A stretch of 64,000 bases of DNA. Origin: the human T2T-CHM13v2.0 reference genome, Homo sapiens. How positions within the stretch are numbered: the stretch's first letter is position 1; each line of letters starts with the position of its first letter. The notes beneath the pieces were generated by a model. The model was given only the letters and a program-made list of their open reading frames with translations. It made no database searches and had not been told where the DNA came from. Shown here piece after piece: positions 52,831-64,000 of the stretch. Where the stretch lies: assembly GCF_009914755.1 (NCBI RefSeq), contig NC_060947.1. One strand, given 5' to 3'. Made by a program: the position numbers and the translations under genes.

Positions 52831-53483
52831 ATTACATGCATTCAAGTTTCTTATACTTCCTTCTGGGATGAAAATTAAGCCAAATAAAATATTACTCAAA
52901 TATCTGCAAGTGGTTGACAGGTACAATCATGGCAATTATTATATAACATACGTGTCATAGTTTCAAATGCCTTGTCTTGTGTCTAGATAGAAACATTTGA
53001 AGTCAATGTTGGATTAACGTCAATCCAATATTGACTTTTGCAATCCAATATTAGATTACAAAATCTAAAATATTCTCACTGCATATATCCCATGGTCAAT
53101 TGTACCTTCTTTTATTTCAGGTGCTTACAAGTCCTTGAATAGGAGAGGAAATTTGTAAGCCTTATGCTTAACCAAGTTCTTCTTTTTTAAAAAATATTTT
53201 CAACTTTTAGTTTAGATTCAGGAAGTACATGTGTAGATTTGCTACATGACCAAATTCTTGAGACTGCAAAAGCAATGAGCTCTTTGCTTTCTACAACTAG
53301 GGGGATACAATGAATGCATTTCATACAAACAGATACATGGATTTATCCCTTAGCACTGGTAATTGTGATTTCAAAAATAACAAAATTCTGGCTCCAAATT
53401 ATATTCAGACTTGTTCTAGTAATATTTCCCAAATATGCACTGCATTCATGCAATTAGTGTGTTTCACCTTTTAGCAGTCGCTA

Positions 53484-53897
<414 letters not shown>

Positions 53898-54379
53898 CTA
53901 GGTATGATGGTGATTTTCATCTATTTAAACCAGTTTTACACCAGTAAGATGTAAGCAGTTACAACAATGTGTTCTTGAAATTGTCATAGGCCATCGATGG
54001 CCTCTAATATTTGGCCAGTGGGATCTGGTGGCAGTTAAGAAGATGCAGTCTACATAAAATTGAACTGGCTGTTTGTGTTTCCTTGTCCTCTTTTGGGAAA
54101 GACGCATCTTTTGTCAGGAAGGAGTTCTGTGCAAAAAGGCGCTGACTTTCTAGTTTAGACTCGTGAAAAGTCATTGAGGGGATGCATGTAAATAAGGGTT
54201 GTGGGGTCAGTCCTTCAGTCTCAAAGCCAGAATGATGCTTAACATTCCAGACCATGGCCTTCAGCAAAGCACCAGGAGCCTCTTCAAAGGCCACCTTTGC
54301 CCTGTTCCCACCCTGTTAACACAAGGTGGAAATTCCATTTTGAGTCCTGTAATAAGAATGATCAACGACATTTATATAC

Positions 54380-54570
54380 TGATTTACCATTTACAAATCA
54401 CTTCCACATGCATTTTATCATTGGAATTGAGCAATCCATTTTACAGATAAGGCTATTTAGTCTATCAGAGAATAAATAACCTGTCCATGATTACGGAGCG
54501 AGTAAGTCATGAAGCCCGAACTGAAATCTAGGATTTTGGCCCCAAATCCTGTTCTTTCCCCAGCATACAC
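54380..54570 (-). mobile_element. MIR
   Basis: ccattttacagataagg...aaataacctgtccatgattac. Confidence 0.65.
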
Positions 54571-54779
54571 ACATTACTTCTCCAATGGGTGTGTGTTGTT
54601 GGCAAATCTCCAAGCCAAAGGATACCATATCTTCTGGTCTCAAGGGAACTGGACAAAAGGTTTAAAGACAGTTGTGAAAAGTAGGGATAAGGAAGTTGAT
54701 ACCTCAGCGCCCAAAGTTTAATTTGGTAAACGAGTGACCACAGTTAATGATCGTTCAAATTCCTCACAATTACATTAAA

Positions 54780-54790
54780 ACACACACACA

Positions 54791-54831
<41 letters not shown>
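54780..54831. repeat. (CA)n microsatellite
   Basis: Directly visible, one GA interruption. Confidence 0.97.
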
Positions 54832-54833
<2 letters not shown>

Positions 54834-56065
54834 TGGGGCTTTTAAGACGTGACATGCAGAAAAAAATAGAGCCTATTCACATAAGATGTTTGAAGACCTT
54901 CATTAGTATTTACTTACTTAGCTCATCTTCCTGTCCTCCCTCCCCCACCAAAAAAGTGGGAAGGACATTGGGAGGTTAAAATCTTCTTTAATACAGATTT
55001 TTTTTTCAGATATATCTAAACAGCAGATCTAGGTTTGAGAAACTTCACATTTCCACTTTTAAAAACTAGGCTCCATTTTATTGGTTTTAAAACGATTTGA
55101 TTCACAAACACTTGACAGTTTTCTTTAGGAGCACTGTGATAGTATAAAGAGGGAAAAGCCTGTAGCTCTACAATGTTTTTCTTACAAGTTTATGTTCGCC
55201 TTTCTCAGTTATTCTCTGCTTTGTGGATGGTGCCACAAAGCTGTCTGATTTTTAATAATGAGCAGGAGTACATTAGTGGCACATACCCATTTTAACTCTT
55301 CCCTTGCAGATTCTTAACTAGAGACTGCACTCAGGACACAGCCAGGATATGCTGTTGAACTTCTCTAGTTGTTGTAAACATTAAATATAAATACCAACCT
55401 CACTGTGACCCCTCCCCTTCTGGAAAAGGAAAGTTATGGTGCTTGTGCAGTCAGAATTTTCTACACATAAATCTGAATTGAAAATGACTAGATTTTAATG
55501 GGTGTTAATAGTAGCATTATAGTCAGTGGCCTCTTGAGCATGTAGCAGAGTGGTTTCGTTGATACATTCCCACCTGAACCAAACACTGTTATCTTCTTAT
55601 TTCTTATACCCTTTCCCACTCACCTGGAACCAAACACTTCCCTTTGTTGTATCTTATCTAGGAACAAGGAAATGCCACTAGCTACAGGTAAATATGACCT
55701 TTGTGAACTGACAGAAGCCTTCCTCAATGGGATGGCTTGGAGCTCTGGTTTCCAACATGAGATTCATTTCAAAGTGGCCTACCCAGAGTTTATACTTAAC
55801 CGTGGATTTGTTGGTAGTTTCTGGTGATTTGGTGATGCAATTATGCCTTATGCTAATAAAAGCCATATTACATGGATTTATAGAAATTTTGTTAAAATTT
55901 CTTAAAACAAGGAGTCAAATCCTATAACATTCAAAGATGTAATTGGTGTTTGTGATGGAAAATAGTACTTACTGCTAAATTGATACCTTTTAAATAATAA
56001 ATAAAATGTCATCAAATTCATATATTTGGAATGTTGCAAGTAAAGATGAATAGTTGTATAAAAAC

Positions 56066-56254
56066 TGGATTGCCAGATAAAATATAGGATGTTATATGTT
56101 AACTTGAATTTCAGATTAACAAAAAATAACTTTTTAGTATAAGTTTCCCCTTGCAGTATTTAGGATCCATTTACACTAAAAACAAAAATCGTTACCTGTA
56201 ATTCAGATTTAACTGGGCATCCTATAGTTTTATTTTCTAAATCCAGCAAGCCTA
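56066..56254 (+). mobile_element. MER53 palindromic hAT MITE
   Basis: ttgccagataaaatatagga...ttgaatttcaga...attcagatttaactgggcatcct...aaatccagcaagccta. Confidence 0.85.
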
Positions 56255-57355
56255 GTAAATAACTCCTATTTTCCCATGACATGAAGCCACCAGATCAAAT
56301 AGCAATTGTTCTTAACACACAGATCAATTGAAGTAAGCCTGTTACTAACGGGCAACTGACTGGAAAGGAGTATATTTCAGCAGAATCTCTATTAGTCTAT
56401 TTTACAAATAATATCAGAATTCTGCATAAAGAGGTATATGGTTTTATTCGTTCTCTGAGTTTGATGATTACATATTGTGATCAATCATACAGCAGCAGAC
56501 GGAATCTTGGAACAGTGTGTCCTCCAGCTGTGGCAGAGAGCCAGGCAGCAATTAGGAAGAATCGCAAGAGCTTACCAGGCGTGTTTGGATTTCTTTTGCT
56601 GCGACTAGAAAAGACTACAGACCTTTAAAGGTGATTAGTCCAGAATACTCCACGGTTTCAGTCAGGATCAAAAACATTTATAGTGTTCCTTGAACTGCCT
56701 TTATGTAAAGAAGATTTTAGGATTATTTTCTGAAAGGAGTAATTAATAATGAGAACAGTCATAGCAGCAGCAGCAGTTGCTATTTGTTGAAGGTCTAATG
56801 TGGGCCAGGCACTGTGGTCAGCTCCTGACTTCCTGTTGGACTCTGGCTAATTCTGGCATCTAACCGAGGTCTAACTCAGGTATAAATTTTAACCACTCTG
56901 CTGGATTCCTTTAATAAATTACTGACTTTATACAGAAATATATCAATTTAAAACATGGGCTATGCTCTCACAGGCTACTTACATAACTGTGGTATGGAAT
57001 AATGGGAGAAAGAGGTGCTTTGGATTTCCAGCACTCACTCAAAGGGTAATATTAGTTTAGGGACATTGCACTTTAAAAATCAAGAAACTGTTGGGAAGAA
57101 ATTAATCTAGTTTTATTATTTTATTCTCTACCTCATTTCAGAAAGTAGTTAAGGCAGTTCATTCACTTTAGTGCTAATTTATATTCGGTTAAGATGATGT
57201 TTTTGCAATTTTGCTGGAACTGTGCTACTGTTTAGCAAGCCCTTCTAGAGCATCTCTGTGCTTGGCTCCTGCTTTCAAGGAGCCAAGGTAAAACAAAATT
57301 CGAGACAGGTAAGACAAAATTACCACCAAGTTATCCTCTCAAAGACTTGAAAATA

Positions 57356-57643
<288 letters not shown>

Positions 57644-58094
57644 AAAGACTTGAAAATAATCCAGAGATTAAATCTCTTCCAACACAACCTGAAAAAAAAG
57701 AAGAAAAACAATATAAAACATACAATTTTCCTCCATCCTTGCCCCAGTTCAGAAGTTTAGCCTTTTGCAAGATGGGGGCAGTGATCTCTTCCTTGTTTTC
57801 CACTTTTTACCTCTGAGCTCAGGGTGTTAGCACCCTCTGGGCTTCCCTCCCTTAAAGGAAGAACTGACTGCACTTTGTCAGCTGCCCCTTTTGTCAGCCA
57901 TCCAGGACAAAAAGGAGTTGTGAATTTTTGATGACTACTCCTGTAAGAGCGAACCTGATGGCCTGCCCTCAGGTGGGAATATGAACCTCTTGATGGATAA
58001 TCTTGCTCAACCAGATGGTCCTCCCGTTAGATTACCTTCAAGGTGTGCTGGCTCCTGCCTTTCCTCCTAAACTCAGTTTGAAATCCCGCCAACT

Positions 58095-58230
58095 TTCTAG
58101 ATGAGGAGATTGATTGAGGCTCAGAGAAAAGAAGGGACTTGCTGTAGGAAATATAGCTAGTTAGTCACAGAGGCAAAACTAGCCCCCATGTCTTCTGATT
58201 CCTAGGCTAAAAGTTTTGGTTTCATACTGT
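58095..58230 (-). mobile_element. MIR fragment
   Basis: tctagatgaggag...tgaggctcagagaaaagaagggacttgc. Confidence 0.65.
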
Positions 58231-59704
58231 GCAGTTTCTTCCTGCCTTCAGACTTAGTTTGGGTCCTCACAGTCTCCTCTTTGGTCTAGAACTGTATTCA
58301 GTAGGGTCTCTAGTAGAGTATAGCCATCATTTACCAAGAACAGAAGCATGGCTAGTGAGGGTCTAGAAATCAATTATGTTATCTTCAGGTTATAGAGCTT
58401 TCATACCGAAAGACAAACATTTGAAGCATAAGTTAAAATAACAACTCTTTCCCACCAAACTGTTAGTGATTTGTTATTATTCCTGTGGAAACACCCTGAA
58501 AATGTTTTTTGAAGTTCTTTGAAAGAATAAACTAGAGAGCTGAGGAGGGGAGGCACAGTAATAACTAGGTACAAGAAATGGTATTGCAGAATGTAGATTA
58601 TGACTGGGAAACTATAATAACCCAGTCCCTTCTGTTGCCTAAGAGGAAGCTGTGTTTCTCTTTAACTGTAATTGCGTTTTTCATATACGTGTTCTGGCGA
58701 TAGCAATTAATCTCTGATTTTATCTGAGCTGTCCTTGAATGAATCTGAAACTGTAACTAAAACAGTTTGAAAACAGCCACACAGAGAAAAAGACAACCAA
58801 GACAGTTATTTGGTAATGTAATGCATAAACCAAACTGAATTTGTGTGGTATTTTGTAGATCCTCCTTTGGTCAGGCAAGCAAGGATCAATAATCAACATT
58901 TCCCAAATGCTTTAAAGTTATTCATTGATCACAATAGCACATCTGTAAAGACATTTCCATATGAGAAGCATAAGGCTCTGATCTGTTTAGATCAGACCAC
59001 CTGGTCCCCAATTGGCAGCCTCCAATTGACAAATGAATCATGTCGTGTTCCAGACGTTAGTATGTAAGTCAGTTGGAAACCTGGGGCATGCTTTACCATA
59101 GAAGCAATATTATTTATGATGATTAGTTTCTTAGGCTAACTGGCAAACACTATTGCTTTCCAATTCTACTGTGAATTAGCTTACAAGTCTATTTAAATCA
59201 TGGTGTAATTGAAGGACAACGGTGTTGGCCAATTAGCCTAAAAAACGAAATAGAGGAGAAACGAAATAGAGGAGTAAGACCCATATTTCTCAGAAGACAG
59301 TGGTAAGGAATCGATGTGAGCGCTGCAATTTAGATTGCAGAACCTGGTAGCAAATCCCCCAAATTCAGTTTGCCCCATGTTATTCTTCATTTGTAAAGGT
59401 CTAAACTGGAATAACCTGATACAGTTCTTCTGTCCATGAGGCAGCTGCTGTAGGGAGACCTGCCCTGAACAGCCAGCTTTGATAATTCTATGATCAGGAT
59501 ACTGACACTCATTTGCTTTGTAATATTGGACATGTGACCCCCACTTTACCTGAGTGGCATTCAGGAAAGTGGAGTAAGATTCTTGGTGGGGTTGTTCTCC
59601 TGGTTTGCTTGAGTCTTGCCCTAGCCTGGCCCTACCACTTCAACCTGGAGAAGGGGGGATGAAGGAATGGAAGAGAACTCACGAAATAAGGTGTTCAAGT
59701 TCCC

Positions 59705-60092
59705 GTTTTTTTTAAATTAAAAAAGTGCATATACATGTAATATGTGCCCATTGTAAACAAATTGTGACATAGAAAAATTGAAAAAGGAAAATTAAAATGT
59801 GCACATAATTCTGCCACCTACAGATAACTGTTAATATCTTGGTATATATGCTTAAATCATTTTTTCTGTTTATGAGCATACACACACATTGAAAAAAATT
59901 ACAATGATATACTAATATTGATTGGTGACTTTAAGAAAATCTTAATAATATATTGAATATTTTTTATGTCAATAAATATAGATCTATTTATTTTAGAAAA
60001 GAAAATGTATAAATAAATAAATAAATATAGATCCACATCAGCATTTTTAGCAACTGCTTAGTAGCCTATAGTATGGATAAACTGTCATTTGT
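59705..60092 (-). mobile_element. Old L1ME-type 3'UTR
   Basis: cataattctgccacctacagataactgttaatatcttggtatat. Confidence 0.65.
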
Positions 60093-60147
60093 TTGCCCTC
60101 TGCCTTACTGAAAGTCCTGACTCCTTTCTGATGCTCTGTACAGACTG

Positions 60148-60348
60148 TATGTTGCTAGAGCCTGCTTGGCTTGCACTGGCTCTGGAAAGCTATTGTTAGC
60201 ATCTTTTCCCGTCTTCACATTCAGTGAGGTCACATTGGAAGCTTGAAATTGGCCGTGGTGAGTGCATTTACACTGTGGAAATTGGCAAATGCTCCAATTA
60301 GGGGCTTTAGTTTTTACTCCCAAGGAATTGGTGTACTAGCACATTATA
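60148..60348. mobile_element. MER63A-like hAT MITE
   Basis: ttcagtgaggtcacattggaagcttgaaattggccgtggtgagtgcatttacactgtggaaattggcaaatgct. Confidence 0.7.
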
Positions 60349-61124
60349 CAGAGCCTCTCAGCTCATTCCCTGGCTTCACTTTGCCTAGCTCAGCTGGTCT
60401 GATGAGGGTGGATGGATGGGAGAAAAGGAACTGACAACAAATAATCACAGTAACAACCAGTTCTCAAACTTTGCTAACATAGATCCATTTGTGGCTAATG
60501 CTCCTATTGCAAACTGCAGGCATTGTATCTTAACAATCATGTGTAAATACATAATAATAAGGTTTTGGAAGCCAAGTGTCTTGGCAAATAAATTAAAGCT
60601 GTGTTATCTGTTAACCTAGTAACAAGGTTCAGATCGAATGGATTGCAGATGGGTAGCAAAGCTAGCAATAAGAAGAGTCTAAAAGAACACAACTGGCATT
60701 TTGGCTTTCCAAGGATTTTTGTTTCTGTCAGAGAAAGAATGCTCACCAGGAGAATGGCTCCTGTGATCCCCAAGTGTTTGCTCTGTTTACTGTGGGACTT
60801 TAAACCTGTGGGGGCAACACCATGTATTAGGAGCAGCACTTCTGGATTCTTCTTTTTTTAGTCAGGTTTTCTTCTTTTCTTATCAGATTGTAGTTTTTGG
60901 AAAGAGTGGGAAAGAAGGCCAAGGAAATGTACTTACCCTTAGGGATGGCATAGACATGTCACTTCACAACATGTTTTACTTTTTCCCTTGTCAAAGTAGG
61001 AGGGACACAGGGTTAAAGGATGCCTTGTTAGTCTAAGAGTCATGTCCCTCTGTCACTAACATAAAAGTACCTTGAGCGCCTCAGAAACTGTTCCACAACA
61101 TTCCTTTATATTGTTGTTATTTCT

Positions 61125-61385
61125 AATAGCATAGTGTGGTGGTGAAGAGTGCAGGCTCCAGAATCTGAAAGATCTAGGTTCAAAGCCCAGTTCTGCAATT
61201 TATAAACTATGTGACCCTGGGTATGTTACTTAACATCCATTCTGAGCCTCAATTTCTTCAGCTATAAAATGGGGATGATAATGGTGTCTGTCTTGTAGTT
61301 TTGTTGTGCAGATCAATCTAGATGATGCATATAAAAGGCTTGGTATGATGCCCAGTATTTAGTATAAGTTCAGTACTATTGTGAT
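61125..61385 (+). mobile_element. MIR, near full length
   Basis: gcatagtgtggtggtgaagagtgcaggctc...ctgagcctcaatttcttcagctataaaatggggatgataa. Confidence 0.88.
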
Positions 61386-61887
61386 TTTCCTGTAATGGTC
61401 TAGTACTCTCTATACATTTTACAGAAATGCTAGCTAAGGTACTCCTGACTGCCCTCACGTGCCCCCCTCTAAATGATCTTTAATATAATAAAAAACCTTG
61501 CTGTACACAAAATTATCACCCCATGAGATGATACGTACTTTGTAATCCATCTCAGCTTCAGGATTTTTTTCTCATGAAACAAACAGCTCTTGAATATATT
61601 CCCCTGTTATTCCCATCCTTCTAAGTCTGTCTCCTCCATGGAGCCTCTCTTGATCACTCCAGCAGACAACGCTTGTGTGTGCTTTTATAACTGATATCCT
61701 TCATCAATTCCACTCCTTCCTCTTCCTCTCGGGATTACCCACTTGGCCCTGAACCATGCCATACCATGTGACTGGTCCAGAGCTCTTACAACAGAATTGC
61801 CATCAAACCCTTGTGTTATTTGATAACTGCTCCAGATGCCTAAGATAGAGCAGCAAGAACTACATCAACTCAACTATGCTTTGAGAA

Positions 61888-62297
61888 TAGGTTTGCCAAA
61901 TTTAGCAAATAAAAATACAGAGTGCCCAGATAAATTTAAATTTCAGATAAACAGTGAATGTTTTTAAATTTTCTTTAATTTTTAAATTTTATTATTGACA
62001 AATAATAATTGTATATATTTATAGAGTACAATGTAATGTTTTGATATATTTACATAGATCAAACATTGTGAAATAATTATATTAAGCTAATTAATATATC
62101 CATCACCTCATAAACTTATTTTTTGTGTTATGAATATTTAAGATGTACTATTTAGCAATTTTGAAATATATAATACATTTTTTTAGCATGAGTATATTCC
62201 AAATGTTGTGTGAGGCATACTTATACTAACCTTTTTGTTATTGTTTATTTGAAATTCCAATTAAAATGGGTGTTCTATATTTTATCTGGCTACTCTA
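61888..62297 (-). mobile_element. MER53 interrupted by an antisense L1MA 3' fragment (about 61961-62178)
   Basis: taggtttgccaaatttagcaaataaaaatacag ... tttatctggctactcta; insert tattgacaaataataattgtatatattta...tatccatcacctca. Confidence 0.82.
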
Positions 62298-62710
62298 ATT
62301 GGGAAATGAGCAGAAAAGCTCTAAGAACGCAAAAGAGCTGTCACAAATCCCTGGAACACAGGTACTCTGACATAATCTATCAATTGAACAAATACGTCCT
62401 AAACTATTTTGTCATCTGGTTTCTCTGTCCACCAGGGCATATATATGCAGTTGTGTATAGGGTGCTTACAACATCATTGTTTATTTGAGGCACCATTCAT
62501 AATGTTGACATCAAGATTTACTTATTTATTTTTAACCATTCTCTGGCATACAACAGTAGTGTCTTACTCAAACAAAGTCAGCACATTATGACAATTTTTG
62601 GCAGATAGAATTAAGCATCTTGAGGAAGGGGCACCTTTTTCTAGTTCACATTAAGGTGTCATGGATAGTGGTAACCCTGTACTCATTGTAGATTAGCATA
62701 AAATGTGCTG

Positions 62711-62955
62711 CAGCATTTTTCAAACCATGGACTGTAACCCATTGATGGGCTGGGAAATCATGTTAGTGGGTCACGACCAACATTAGTGATGATAATGATG
62801 GAATAGAATGGAATAGAATATCAGAGTGTGTTCTATGTAATAAACGTGTTGTCGTTGGGAGTTTCTATTCAGTTTCATATGTGTCTGTCTACTGGATGGT
62901 AATAAAAATATATTTCTGTTTTTGTCTCACTGTCAAAAAGATTTGAAAAGCACTG
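62711..62955. mobile_element. hAT-Charlie MITE (MER112-like)
   Basis: cagcatttttcaaacc...acccattgatgggctgggaaatcatgttagtgggtcacgacc...caaaaagatttgaaaagcactg. Confidence 0.55.
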
Positions 62956-63212
62956 ATGTGGTGCTAAAGAACTTAAAATCTTGAGACCAGCACATCAGAG
63001 TCCAGATCCTAGTTCTGATACATGCTTGCTGTGTAACCTTAGGCAAATTACTCGACCCTTCTGGGCCTTGGTTACCCCATCTGCAATTTGGGGATAATAA
63101 TTGTACCTGCCTCCAGGGTTATTCTGAGGATTTAATTAATTAATCCATGCAAAGCACTTAGCACAAGGCCTGGCATATAACAGTGGATCAATGCAGTTTT
63201 TGCTGTTATTAT
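62956..63212 (+). mobile_element. MIR
   Basis: gctgtgtaaccttaggcaaattac...aaagcacttagcacaaggcctggcata. Confidence 0.85.
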
Positions 63213-63933
63213 CAGTGATTAACCGAGAGCTGAGGGGGTTGGAAGAGACAGGCTCATTAACTGTGGATGAGCAGTGACAGCTGACAGCCAGATGTGGAAA
63301 GAAAGGGAATTCAGAATAATGCAAAAGCAGATGAGGCACAATAAAGGATATTAATATAGATCACCCTGAGTCATCAGGAAAAGGTTAAATTATACCCAGG
63401 ATGTTCCGTCGAATAAGACAAATTTGTAATACATTTAGAAGGGTTTCCAATAAAAATAATCTAAATAAAAAGAATTTGAACACTTAACAGAAAATACCAG
63501 TTAATTGGATAAATTAATTTATATGGAAGTTTTGGTTCTACTGCAAGTCCAGTTAAACGAGGTACTCCAGTCTGAAATATTTCCTGCAAGCAATCTTGAC
63601 TCTCATGTAGGTTGCAGGCTCTCTGAGGGCAGAGACTGAATGTTTTATTTCTTCTGTATCTCCTGCAGAGTCAGTTTGGGGCCAAGCACACAGCTGTTAG
63701 TCCTAGGGTCCTCATTCCCCAGGTTAAAATCTGGGGGCCCCTCCCCCTGTCTCCAGTACAGAACACGTCTGCCAACTGTATCAGGTACTAGCCCAACACT
63801 GAGCATGGAGGGGTGGTGGTCTTCCCTTCATCTTGCTCCTAGCTGTCTTTGGGAGATGAGAGATGGGAGCAGCATGAGAGAGTTTGCAATCTCCTTTCAT
63901 AGCCTGTTGCTGCTTACTAATACTTGCCAGGTG

Positions 63934-63936
<3 letters not shown>

Positions 63937-63991
<55 letters not shown>
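63937..63991. repeat. (GT)n microsatellite, about 27 units
   Basis: Directly visible. Confidence 0.98.
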
Positions 63992-63996
<5 letters not shown>

Positions 63997-64000
63997 GAGA

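Noticed and set aside
57240-57315. CAG|GTAAGA donor with nearby AG
   Set aside because: It lies in L2-like decayed sequence with a weak pyrimidine tract; likely chance.

Overview
Primate (almost certainly human) non-coding genomic DNA: AT-rich and CpG-poor, with no CpG island and no supportable protein-coding gene. By eye roughly half is transposon-derived: Alu (FAM, FLAM, J, S, Y), L1 (PA, MA, MB, MC, ME), L2, many MIRs, a tRNA-headed MamSINE1, MaLR/ERVL LTRs (MST, MLT1, MLT2, LTR18, and a complete THE1C element with a 5-bp TSD), and hAT and Tc1/mariner DNA transposons (Charlie1-type, MER5, MER20, MER44, MER53, MER63, MER96B, MARNA). These are often nested. The longer ORFs mostly map to repeats or low-complexity DNA, and the rest look like chance frames. 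Repeat-poor stretches (about 23-24.5, 30-31.5, 44-46.5, 47.4-51 and 54.8-59.7 kb) carry enhancer-like motif clusters and isolated splice or polyA signals, compatible with an intron or lncRNA locus that I cannot name. I found no evidence for a novel multi-gene system. The best leads are small structural oddities: a locally templated L1 insertion, discordant THE1C LTRs, two non-repeat palindromes, an orphan AATAAA+A38 abutting antisense tandem splice donors, and a ~250-bp alternating purine/pyrimidine tract. Repeat family names come from my recall of consensus sequences, not from a database search; subfamily calls and most boundaries are approximate.
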